Source of the DNA: Eledone cirrhosa
Lineage: Eukaryota
Assembly (NCBI GenBank): GCA_964016885.1
Contig: OZ024745.1
Location: forward strand, 7,998,001-8,062,000
Reading direction: 5' to 3'
DNA length: 64,000 nucleotides
In this document: positions 46,701-58,791 of the stretch, in pieces
Numbering within the stretch: position 1 is the first letter of the stretch
How the letters are laid out: each line of letters opens with the position of its first letter
The notes under the pieces: model-generated
Databases searched by the model: none
Seen by the model: the letters and a program-made list of their open reading frames with translations, nothing else
Told to the model about the DNA's origin: nothing
Position numbers and translations under genes: made by a program

Positions 46701-49700
46701 ATAGTGGCATGGCTGATAAGTGATATCGTCTGATATAATAGAGGCATAACTGATATGTGATATCGTCTGATATGATAGAGGCTTAACTGATATGTGATAT
46801 ATTCTGATATGATAGAGGCATAACTGATATGTGATATCGTCTGATATGATAGAGGCATAACTGATATGTGATATCGTCTGATATGATAGAGGCATAACTG
46901 ATATGTGATATCGTCTGATATGATAGAGGCATAACTGATATGTGATATCGTCTGATATGATAGAGGCATAACTGACATGTGATATCGTCTGATATGATAG
47001 TGGCATAACTGATATGTGATATCGTCTGATATGATAGAGGCATAACTGATATGTGATATCCTCTGATATGATAGAGGCGTAACGGATGTGTGATATCGTC
47101 TGATATGATAGAGGCATGGCTGATATGTGATATCGTCTGATATGATAGAGGCATAACTGATATGTGATATCGTCTGATATAATAGAGGCATAACTGATAT
47201 GTGATATTGTATGATATGATAGAGGCATAACTGATATGTGATATCGTCTGATATAATAGTGGCATAACTGATATGTGATATCGACTGATATGATAGAGGC
47301 ATAACTGATATGTGATATCGTCTGATATGATAGAGGCATAACTGATATGTGATATCGTCTGATATGATAGAGGCATAACTGATATGTGATATCGTCTGAT
47401 ATGATAGAGGCATAACTGATATGTGATATCGTCTGATATGATAGTGGAAAAACTGATATGTGATATCGTCTGATATGATAGAGGCGTAACTGATATGTGA
47501 TATCGTCTGATATGATAGAGGCATGGCTGATATGTGATATCGTCTGATATGATAGAGGCATAACTGATATGTGATATCGTCTGATATAATAGAGGCATAA
47601 CTGATATGTGATATCGTCTGATATGATAGAGGCATAACTGATATGTGATATCGTCTGATATGATAGTGGCATAACTGCTATGTGATATCGTCTGATATGA
47701 TAGAGGCGTAACTGATATGTGATTTCGTCTGATATGATAGTGGCATAACTGATATGTGATATCGTCTGATATGATAGAGGCGTAACTGATATGTGATATC
47801 GTCTGATATGATAGAGGCATAACTGATATGTGATATCGTCTGATATGATAGTGGCATAACTGATATGTGATATCGTCTGATATAATAGAGGCATAACTGA
47901 TATGTGATATAGTCTGATATGATAGTGGCATGGCTGATAAGTGATATCGTCTGATATAATAGAGGCATAACTGATATGTGATATAGTCTGATATGATAGA
48001 GGCATAACTGATATGTGATATAGTCTGATATGATAGAGGCATAACTGATATGTGATATCGTCTGATATGATAGTGGCATGGCTGATAAGTGATATCGTCT
48101 GATATAATAGAGGCATAACTGATATGTGATATCGTCTGATGTGATAGAGGCATAACTGATATGTGATATCGTCTGATATGATAGTGGCATAACTGATATG
48201 TGATATCGTCTGATATGATAGAGGCGTAACTGATATGTGATATCGTCTGATATGATAGTGGCTAACTGATATGTGATATCGTCTGATATGATAGAGGCAT
48301 AACTGATATGTGATACCGTCTGATATGATAGAGGCATAAGTGATATATGATATCGTCTGATATGATAGAAGCATAACTGATATGTGATAACGTCTGATAT
48401 AATAGAGGCATAACTGATATGTGATATCATCTGATATGATAGAGGCATAACTGATATGTGATATCGTCTGATATGATAGAGGCATGGCTGATAAGTGATA
48501 TCGTCTGATATAATAGAGGCATAACTGATATGTGATATAGTCTGATATGATAGAGGCATAACTGATATGTGATATAGTCTGATATGATAGAGGCATAACT
48601 GATATGTGATATCGTCTGATATGATAGTGGCATGGCTGATAAGTGATATCGTCTGATATAATAGAGGCATAACTGATATGTGATATCGTCTGATATGATA
48701 GAGACATAACTGATATGTGATGTCGTCTGATATGATAGAGACATAACTGATATGTGATATCGTCTGATATGATAGAGGCATAACTGATATATGATATCGT
48801 CTGATATGATAGAAGCATAACTGATATGTGATAACGTCTGATATAATAGAGGCATAACTGATATGTGATATAGTCTGATATGATAGAGGCATAACTGATA
48901 TGTGATATCGTCTGATATGATAGAAGCATGGCTGATATGTGATATCGTCTGATATAATAGAGGCATAACTGATATGTGATATCGTCTGATATGATAGTGG
49001 CATAACTGTTATGTGATATCGTCTGATATGATAGAGGCGTAACTGATATGTGATATCGTCTGATATGATAGTGGCATAACTGATATGTGATATCGTCTGA
49101 TATGATAGAGGCATAGCTGATATGTGATATCGTCTGATATGATAGAGGCATAACTGATATATGATATCGTCTGATATGATAGAAGCATAACTGATATGTG
49201 ATAACGTCTGATATAATAGAGGCATAACTGATATGTGATATCATCTGATATGATAGAGGCATAACTGATATGTGATATCGTCTGATATGAGAGAGGCATG
49301 GCTGATATGTGATATCGTCTGATATGATAGAGGCATAACTGATATGTGATATAGTCTGATATAATAGAGGCATAACTGATATGTGATATCGTCTAATATG
49401 ATAGAGGCATAACTGATATGTGATATCGTCTGATATTATAGTGGCATAACTGATATGTGATATCGTCTGATATGATAGACGCGTAACTGATATGTGATAT
49501 CGTCTGATATAATAGAGGCATAACTGATATGTGATATCGTCTGATATGATAGAGGCATAACTGATATGTGATATAGTCTGATATGATAGTGGCATGGCTG
49601 ATAAGTGATATCGTCTGATATAATAGAGGCATAACTGATATGTGATATAGTCTGATATGATAGAGGCATAACTGATATGTGATATAGTCTGATATGATAG

Positions 49701-52700
49701 AGGCATAACTGATATGTGATATCGTCTGATATGATAGTGGCATGGCTGATAAGTGATATCGTCTGATATAATAGAGGCATAACTGATATGTGATATCGTC
49801 TGATATGATAGAGGCATAACTGATATGTGATATCGTCTGATATGAAAGAGACATAACTGATATGTGATATCGTCTGATATGATAGAGGCATAACTGATAT
49901 GTGATATCGTCTGATATGATAGAGGCATAACTGATATATGATATCGTCTGATATGATAGAAGCATAACTGATATGTGATAACGTCTGATATAATAGAGGC
50001 ATAACTGATATGTGATATAGTCTGATATGATAGAGGCATAACTGATATGTGATATCGTCTGATATGATAGAGGCATGGCTGATATGTGATATCGTCTGAT
50101 ATCATAGAGGCATAACTGATATGTGATATCGTCTGATATGATAGTGGCATAACTGATATGTGATATCGTCTGATATGATAGAGGCGTAACTGATATGTGA
50201 TATCGTCTGATATGATAGAGGCATAACTGATATGTGATATCGTCTGATATGATAGTGGCTAACTGATATGTGATATCGTCTGATATGATAGAGGCATAAC
50301 TGATATGTGATATCGTCTGATATGATAGAGGCATAACTGATATATGATATCGTCTGATATGATAGAAGCATAACTGATATGTGATAACGTCTGATATAAT
50401 AGAGGCATAACTGATATCTGATATCATCTGATATGATAGAGGCATAACTGATATGTGATATCGTCTGATATGATAGAGGCATGGCTGATAAGTGATATCG
50501 TCTGATATAATAGAGGCATAACTGATATGTGATATAGTCTGATATGATAGAGGCATAACTGATATGTGATATAGTCTGATATGATAGAGGCATAACTGAT
50601 ATGTGATATCGTCTGATATGATAGTGGCATGGCTGATAAGTGATATCGTCTGATATAATAGAGGCATAACTGATATGTGATATCGTCTGATATGATAGAG
50701 GCATAACTGATATGTGATATCGTCTGATATGATAGAGACATAACTGATATGTGATATCGTCTGATATGATAGAGGCATAACTGATATATGATATCGTCTG
50801 ATATGATAGAAGCATAACTGATATGTGATAACGTCTGATATAATAGAGGCATAACTGATATGTGATATAGTCTGATATGATAGAGGCATAACTGATATGT
50901 GATATCGTCTGATATGATAGAGGCATGGCTGATATGTGATATCGTCTGATATCATAGAGGCATAACTGATATGTGATATCGTCTGATATGATAGTGGCAT
51001 GGCTGATAAGTGATATCGTCTGATATAATAGAGGCATAACTGATATGTGATATCGTCTGATATGATAGAGGCATAACTGATATGTGATATCGTCTGATAT
51101 GATAGAGACATAACTGATATGTGATATCGTCTGATATGATAGAGGCATAACTGATATATGATATCGTCTGATATGATAGAAGCATAACTGATATGTGATA
51201 ACGTCTGATATAATAGAGGCATAACTGATATATGATATAGTCTGATATGATAGAGGCATAACTGATATGTGATATCGTCTGATATGATAGAGGCATGGCT
51301 GATATGTGATATCGTCTGATATCATAGAGGCATAACTGATATGTGATATCGTCTGATATGATAGTGGCATAACTGATATGTGATATCGTCTGATATGATA
51401 GAGGCGTAACTGATATGTGATATCGTCTGATATGATAGAGGCATAACTGATATGTGATATCGTCTGATATGATAGTGGCATAACTGATATGTGATATCGT
51501 CTGATATGATAGAGGCATAACTGATATATGATATCGTCTGATATGATAGAAGCATAACTGATATGTGATAACGTCTGATATAATAGAGGCATAACTGATA
51601 TGTGATATCATCTGATATGATAGAGGCATAACTGATATGTGATATCGTCTGATATGATAGAGGCATGGCTGATATGTGATATCGTCTGATATCATAGAGG
51701 CATAACTGATATGTGATATCGTCTGATATGATAGTGGCATAACTGATATGTGATATCGTCTGATATGATAGAGGCGTAACTGATATGTGATATCGTCTGA
51801 TATGATAGAGGCATAACTGATATGTGATATCGTCTGATATGATAGTGGCATAACTGATATGTGATATCGTCTGATATAATAGAGGCATAACTGATATGTG
51901 ATATCGTCTGATATGATAGAGGCTTAACTGATATGTGATATCATCTGATATGATAGAGGCATAACTGATATGTGATATAGTCTGATATGATAGTGGCATG
52001 GCTGATAAGTGATATCGTCTGATATAATAGAGGCATAACTGATATGTGATATAGTCTGATATGATAGAGGCATAACTGATATGTGATATTGTCTGATATG
52101 ATAGAGGCATAACTGATATGTGATATCGTCTGATATTATAGAGGCATAACTGATATGTGATATCGTCTGATATGATAGAGGCGTAACTGATATGTGATAT
52201 CGTCTGATATGATAGAGGCATAACTGATATGTGATATCGTCTGATATGATAGAGGCATAACTGATATGTGATATCGTCTGATATGATAGAGACATTACTG
52301 ATATGTGATATCGTCTGATATGATAGAGACATAACTGATATGTGATATCGTCTGATATGATAGAGGCATAACTGATATGTGATATCGTCTGATATGATAT
52401 TGACATAACTGATATGTGATATCGTCTGATATGATAGAGGCATAACTGATATGTGATATCGTCTGATATGATAGAGGCATGGCTGATATGTGATATCGTC
52501 TGATATGATAGAGGCATAACTGATATGTGATATCGTCTGATATGATAGAGACATAACTGATATGTGATATCGTCTGATATGATAGAGGCATAACTGATAT
52601 GTGATATCGTCTGATATGATAGAGGCATAACTGATATGTGATATCGTCTGATATGATAGAGGCATAACTGATATGTGATATCGTCTGATATGATAGAGGC

Positions 52701-55224
52701 GTAACTGATATGTGATATCGTCTGATATGATAGAGGCATAACTGATATGTGATATCGTCTGATATGATAGAGGCATAACTGATATGTGATATCGTCTGAT
52801 ATAATAGAGGCATAACTGATATGTGATATCGTCTGATATGATAGAGGCATAACTGATATGTGATATCGTCTGATATGATAGAGGCATAACTGATATGTGA
52901 TATCGTCTGATATGATAGAGGCATAACTGATATGTGATATCGTCTGATATGATAGAGGCGTAACTGATATGTGATATCGTCTGATATGATAGAGGCATAA
53001 CTGATATGTGATATCGTCTGATATGATAGTGGCATGGCTGATAAGTGATATCGTCTGATATAATAGAGGCATAACTGATATGTGATATCGTCTGATATGA
53101 TAGAGGCATGACTGATATGTGATATCGTCTGATATGATAGAGGCATAACTGATATATGATATCGTCTGATATGATAGAAGCGTAACTGATATGTGATAAC
53201 GTCTGATATAATAGAGGCATAACTGATTTTGTGATATAGTCTGATATGATAGAGGCATAACTGATATGTGATATCATCTGATATGATAGAGGCATAACTG
53301 ATATGTGATATCGTCTGATATGATAGAGGCATGGCTGATATGTGATATCGTCTGATATCATAGAGGCATAACTGATATGTGATATCGTCTGATATGATAG
53401 TGGCATAACTGATATGTGATATCGTCTGATATGATAGAGGCGTAACTGATATGTGATATCGTCTGATATGATAGAGGCATAACTGATATGTGATATCGTC
53501 TGATATGATAGTGGCATAACTGATATGTGATATCGTCTGATATGATAGAGGCATAACTGATATGTGATATCGTCTGATATTATAGAGGCATAACTGATAT
53601 GTGATATCGTCTGATATGATAGAGGCGTAACTGATATGTGATATCGTCTGATATGATAGAGGCATAACTGATATGTGATATCGTCTGATATGATAGAGGC
53701 ATAACTGATATGTGATATCGTCTGATATGATAGAGACATTACTGATATGTGATATCGTCTGATATGATAGAGACATAACTGATATGTGATATCGTCTGAT
53801 ATTAGAGAGGCATAACTGATATGTGATATCGTCTGATATGATATCGACATAACTGATATGTGATATCGTCTGATATGATAGAGGCATAACTGATATGTGA
53901 TATCGTCTGATATGATAGAGGCATGGCTGATATGTGATATCGTCTGATATGATAGAGGCATAACTGATATGTGATATCGTCTGATATGATAGAGGCATAA
54001 CTGATATGTGATATCGTCTGATATGATAGAGGCATAACTGATATGTGATATCGTCTGATATGATAGAGGCATAACTGATATGTGATATCGTCTGATATGA
54101 TAGAGGCATAACTGATATGTGATATCGTCTGATATGATAGAGGCGTAACTGATATGTGATATCGTCTGATATGATAGAGGCATAACTGATATGTGATATC
54201 GTCTGATATGATAGAGGCATAACTGATATGTGATATCGTCTGATATGATAGTGGCATGGCTGATAAGTGATATCGTCTGATATAATAGAGGCATAACTGA
54301 TATGTGATATAGTTTGATATGATAGAGGCATAACTGATATGTGATATAGTCTAATATGATAGAGGCATAACTGATATGTGATATCGTCTGATATGATAGA
54401 GGCATAACTGATATGTGATATCGTCTGATATTATAGAGGCATAACTGATATGTGATATCGTCTGATATGATAGAGGCGTAACTGATATGTGATATCGTCT
54501 GATATGATAGAGGCATAACTGATATGTGATATCGTCTGATATGATAGAGGCGTAACTGATATGTGATATCGTCTGATATGATAGAGGCATAACTGATATG
54601 TGATATCGTCTGATATGATAGAGGCATAACTGATATGTGATATCGTCTGATATGATAGAGACATAACTGATATGTGATATCGTCTGATATGATAGAGACA
54701 TAACTGATATGTGATATCGTCTGATATGATAGAGGCATAACTGATATGTGATATCGTCTGATATGATATCGACATAACTGATATGTGATATCGTCTGATA
54801 TGATAGAGGCATAACTGATATGTGATATCGTCTGATATGATAGAGGCATGGCTGATATTTGATATCGTCTGATATGATAGAGGCATAACTGATATGTGAT
54901 ATCGTCTGATATGATAGAGACATAACTGATATATGATATCGTCTGATATGATAGAGGCATTACTGATATGTGATATCGTCTGATATGATAGAGGCATAAC
55001 TGATATGTGATATCGTCTGATATGATAGAGGCGTAACTGATATGTGATATCGTATGATATGATAGAGGCATAACTGATATGTGATATCGTCTGATATGAT
55101 AGAGACGTAACTGATATGTGATATCGTCTGATATGATAGAGGCATAACTGATATGTGATATCGTCTGATATGATAGAGGCGTAACTGATATGTGATATCG
55201 TCTGATATGATAGAGGCATAACTG
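7760..55224. repeat. 37-bp satellite DNA array, about 47.5 kb and about 1280 units, with higher-order repeats
   Basis: Consensus CTGATATGATAGAGGCATAACTGATATGTGATATCGT, uninterrupted and in a single orientation. Both ends lie within the window. Confidence 0.99.
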
Positions 55225-55244
55225 AGCGACAGTAGCTCTAACCC

Positions 55245-55613
55245 GAAAAGACATCATCGGTAACTACATCATCGGTAACTACTGAGCCGCAGGTTTTATA
55301 TCGGAGTCATCCCAGTTTCCTGAGTTCCCTTCTCCTAGAAGAACGCCTTGATAAAGGCTATGGGTCCTTCACTCGATGTGGTTTAACCCCGCAGTATATG
55401 TGTATATACATATTTACACACTTTTGGATGGCCGTTGATTCTTATGAGTTCTTCCGCCCTTTGTCAGGTTTTGTTTTTTGTCCTGCAGGGTGTCCAAAAT
55501 CACCCTCCTCACCAAGTAAACTTGGTGGGGTTGCCGGTTTAGTCGCCGACGACTCGACCATGCAACAGGTTGTACTGGGTTACATGTTACCAGTAGCACT
55601 CAAGAGTGACCCG
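55245..55613 (-). mobile_element. Interspersed retroposon copy B (paralog of 2806-3411), truncated near the satellite
   Basis: Alignable by eye to 3121-3411. Has a 15-bp tandem duplication ACATCATCGGTAACT (55251-55280) and an extra segment of about 45 bp near 55378-55420. Confidence 0.6.
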
Positions 55614-55700
55614 ACATACATACATACATACATACATACATACATACATACATACATACATACATACATACATACATACATACATACATACATACATACA
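55614..55700. repeat. (ACAT)n microsatellite
   Basis: Pure tetranucleotide run. Confidence 0.99.
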
Positions 55701-56582
55701 CCTGATTCACAAAAGAGATAGGGATGCAGGAAAAACACCTAGATGTGATAACAAGTGCAGACTCTGCAGAACTAACATCGAGGATATCACCCATGTCATC
55801 AGCAGCTGTCCAAAGATGTCATCGCGGTACTATCTACCTATGAGGCATGATGTAGTGGCCAAAACACTGTACAATGCTTTTCCATAGAAAAGATAGCCCC
55901 GATAATAAACAAATTAAAAGCTACAGCAATGTGGAAGACATCCACGTACATAATATGAAAGAGTGTTGTTAGAATTTTCAAGTAAAAGCCCCAATAAAAT
56001 GCAGCCATAACAGACCAGATGTTATGATATGGGACAGGGAGAAGAAAGCATGCACAGTAGTGGAAATTAGATGTCCAGCAGATGCCAATATAATATCAAA
56101 GATTAGCGAAAAGGAGAATATTTATGCAGAACTGATGAGAAATCTGCAGATACTCCACCCTGATTACACCTTCAGATTTATGCCTGTGATTATTGGGGCA
56201 CTGGGGGTTATGTTAGTAACTGCCTCAATACAAATCTTGAGAAGCTGGGCTTCACAGGAACAGAAAGAACACAACTAGTTAGGAAATTACAAGTACAATC
56301 CATTAATGGAACAGTAAAAATATGTAAAACATTCCCAAAATTCTGCATCTAATAACTGCATATACACATGTACAGATACAAAGCATATACACATGCACAC
56401 TTACAACTCAAAACATACACACCCATACAATAACATCCATATCTACACATGCAAACATACAGACATACATACATAATCTACCTAGTTGATGTTGTGTAAA
56501 TTCCAATGAGAGAGTGTTGTGTCTATGTTAGAAACCGACTCTCCCTCTATTGGTAAAACTTTGTGAAATTATATAACCAGAA
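55701..56582 (+). mobile_element. 5'-truncated, decayed non-LTR retrotransposon with restriction-like endonuclease (R4/Dong-like, R2 group)
   Basis: CCHC knuckle CRLC-X8-H-X4-C, RHD motif, NRPDVMIWD...VVEIRCP (PD-(D/E) nuclease), K..EK...Y and PVIIGALG. Stops and frameshifts are present. The ORF remnant ends near 56352, and the 3'UTR runs into (ACAT)n. Confidence 0.9.
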
Positions 56583-56653
56583 CATACATACATACATAAA
56601 TACATACATATATATATATACATATATATACATACACATACATACATACATAT

Positions 56654-56684
<31 letters not shown>

Positions 56685-56912
56685 TACATACATACATATA
56701 CAGAGAGGAAAAGAGGGAGAGAAAGACTGTGAAAAGCAATGGTGATAGAAGAAATCAGCGTTGTTCAATCTCATGTAGATAAGCATATATAATTATGTAT
56801 GTCTGCCTGTATGTCTGCCTGTATGTCTGTATGTATATATGTATGTATTACTTGATAATGAGGAGGCAGCCATCATATATATGTAAACATAAACACACAC
56901 ACACACACACAC

Positions 56913-56988
<76 letters not shown>
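56583..56988. repeat. Compound (ACAT)n, (TATG)n, (CA)n and (TA)n tracts with a short unique spacer
   Basis: Direct reading. Confidence 0.93.
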
Positions 56989-56989
<1 letters not shown>

Positions 56990-56991
<2 letters not shown>

Positions 56992-57170
56992 ACGAAGGAA
57001 ATGTGGTAAGGAACCAGGTGGACCATAACGCACCAAAGTACTCAATACTTAGGGTAGTAGAGTGGGTAATAGGAACGAGTAGGACCCCGACGGCTGAGCT
57101 CAAGCCGTTTCGACGGAATTAGCCGTCGAAACGGCTTGAGCTCAGCCGTCGGGGTCCTACTCGTTCCTAT
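56990..57170. mobile_element. Fold-back element 3, Penelope-like pLTR remnant in (TA)n
   Basis: Perfect 48-bp arms at 57069-57116 and 57123-57170 with loop AATTAG. The tail contains GTACTCAATAC (57038-57048), identical to 1007-1017. Arms contain GAA ACGGC ttgagctca GCCGT C, a hammerhead stem III with GUC site. Confidence 0.72.
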
Positions 57171-57239
57171 ATATATATACATATATATATACATTATATA
57201 AATATATATACATACATACATATATATGTATGTATGCAT

Positions 57240-57283
<44 letters not shown>

Positions 57284-57495
57284 TAAAGTATGTCCATAGA
57301 ATCATTTGATAAAATATATACGCCATTTCCTGGAGCCACATCGTGAATGGTTGCCACATATATATCTGTGACTTTGTTTAGTTTGAATATATGTAAATCT
57401 TTATATTTATATTTCGTTTCTGAATTACACACACAGAAACAAAATGGCGTAGGATAGAAGAAAAGAAAGGCACAGAAACGAAGAAAGGAATCCCC

Positions 57496-57540
57496 AGTCA
57501 CTGAAGAGGTCACAGAGTGTGTGACGAAAGGACTATGACT
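57496..57540 (+). ncRNA. Minimal type I hammerhead ribozyme motif, intact core
   Basis: AGTCA CTGAAGA g GTCACA gagtg TGTGAC GAA AGGACT A TGACT: stem I AGTCA/TGACT, 6-bp stem II with one extra G, minimal stem III, CUA site. Lies in a TA-flanked segment of about 57282-57590. Confidence 0.72.
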
Positions 57541-57851
57541 ATATATATAAACAACTATCTGGTTGTGGAACCAACCAACCAACCAGAAATTTATAAGTTT
57601 GTAAATTTGTAAATTTGTAAATTTATAAGTTTATAAATATATAATAAATTGAAGTGAAACAACTGGTGCGTGTGTTTCTTATTGGCAACATGACCCTCCC
57701 AAAGTATAACAATATTTATATTTATATATATAGATATATAGTTTCCTCTATCTCCTACACTCCCTATTGTCATTCATGCCCCCCCCCCTCCACCCACGCC
57801 CCACAACCACTTCCATGTTTTCCCTATCTTTCCTACGATTCTCTCCGTTAG

Positions 57852-57926
57852 TTTCGTACTCCACTGAGTTACCGAGACTTTGAAGAATATCTCCGTTATT
57901 CTCGTCGACTCTTTCTACTCCGTTAA
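57852..57926 (+). CDS. Candidate terminal coding exon of an unidentified host gene (FRTPLSYRDFEEYLRYSRRLFLLR*)
   Basis: Preceded by a pyrimidine-rich tract ending in AG (57850-57851); CpG-rich, protein-like 24 codons ending in TAA. No homolog recognised. Confidence 0.35.
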   Translation, partial: FRTPLSYRDFEEYLRYSRRLFLLR

Positions 57927-58024
57927 TTATTACCTGAGGGAAATGGTACGAAATGACGTCCATATATTCCCTACCTTTATTTACATCAAAGAATTTTTTT
58001 TCTTGTTCTTTATAAATCAAAATC

Positions 58025-58091
58025 CAACAACAGCAACAACAACAAACAACAATCATAACAACAACAACCACAACTGCTGCTGCTGCTACTA

Positions 58092-58169
<78 letters not shown>

Positions 58170-58170
58170 T
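58025..58170. repeat. Compound (ACA)n(TGC)n(TAC)n microsatellite, tail of the adjacent SINE
   Basis: Direct reading. Confidence 0.97.
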
Positions 58171-58174
58171 TGAC

Positions 58175-58354
58175 GATAATAAATGTTTTTAATATTGTCA
58201 CAAGGCCAACAAGAGAGGAAAGTCGATTAAAATCGAACCAGTGTGTTACTGGTACTTTATTTTATCCACTCCATAAGGATGAAAGGCAAGCTAACCTCGG
58301 CGGGATTTGAATGATGTTGTCCAACGCTCTATCGATCTGCCAATCTACCGCCTT
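58175..58354 (-). mobile_element. tRNA-derived SINE (octopus-type), degenerate
   Basis: Minus strand reads GGCGGTAGATTGGCAGA..TTCAAATCCCGCCGAGG..GCCTTTCATCC..GATAAAATAAAGTACCAG..., with A/B-box-like motifs and a (TAG)n tail. Confidence 0.75.
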
Positions 58355-58445
58355 TAATAATAATATTTACTTATAAAGGCGAGTAAAAGGGAAAGATGAC
58401 AATGACGGAAGATTTGAAACAATACACATCCTTAATAAGAAGGAA

Positions 58446-58646
58446 CACCACACAGGGATCATTTCTGACTCCACAGAGGAGTCATTTCTGACCCCATAGA
58501 GGGGTCATTTCTGAGACCATAGAGGGGTCATTTCTGACCCCACAGAAGGAAGGGGGTCATTTCTGAACACCACAGCAGGGTCATTTCTAACACCACACTG
58601 AGGTCATTTCTCACACCACACAGGAGTCATTTTTGAACCCTACAGA
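58446..58646 (+). repeat. Degenerate ~23-bp minisatellite, about 8 copies
   Basis: Unit approximately CCACAGAGGGGTCATTTCTGAC. Confidence 0.9.
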
Positions 58647-58791
58647 TCTAAAGCACCCCTCCAAGTGCCCCATAGTGACTCGACAGTGACATACGGCTTA
58701 TTTGGGGCCCATCCTCACTCCATGTCAGAATAGAGAGAGGTGGGGTGGGGGCAGAAAGATACAGAGAAAGTGAGAGCAAGATAGAAAAGGA

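Noticed and set aside
7760-55224. CRISPR array (37-bp repeat length)
   Set aside because: Units are head-to-tail with no unique spacers, there are no cas genes, and the context is eukaryotic.
7760-55224. Satellite as tandem hammerheads (CTGATATGA resembles CTGANGA)
   Set aside because: Core spacing is wrong, and the consensus has no GAAA or supporting stems.
7659-55257. Long minus-strand ORFs as protein-coding genes
   Set aside because: They are overlapping translations of the 37-bp satellite in all three frames, with no domain or frame preference.
58446-58646. Repeated GGGTCA nuclear-receptor half-sites
   Set aside because: By-product of a minisatellite; no evidence of regulatory function.
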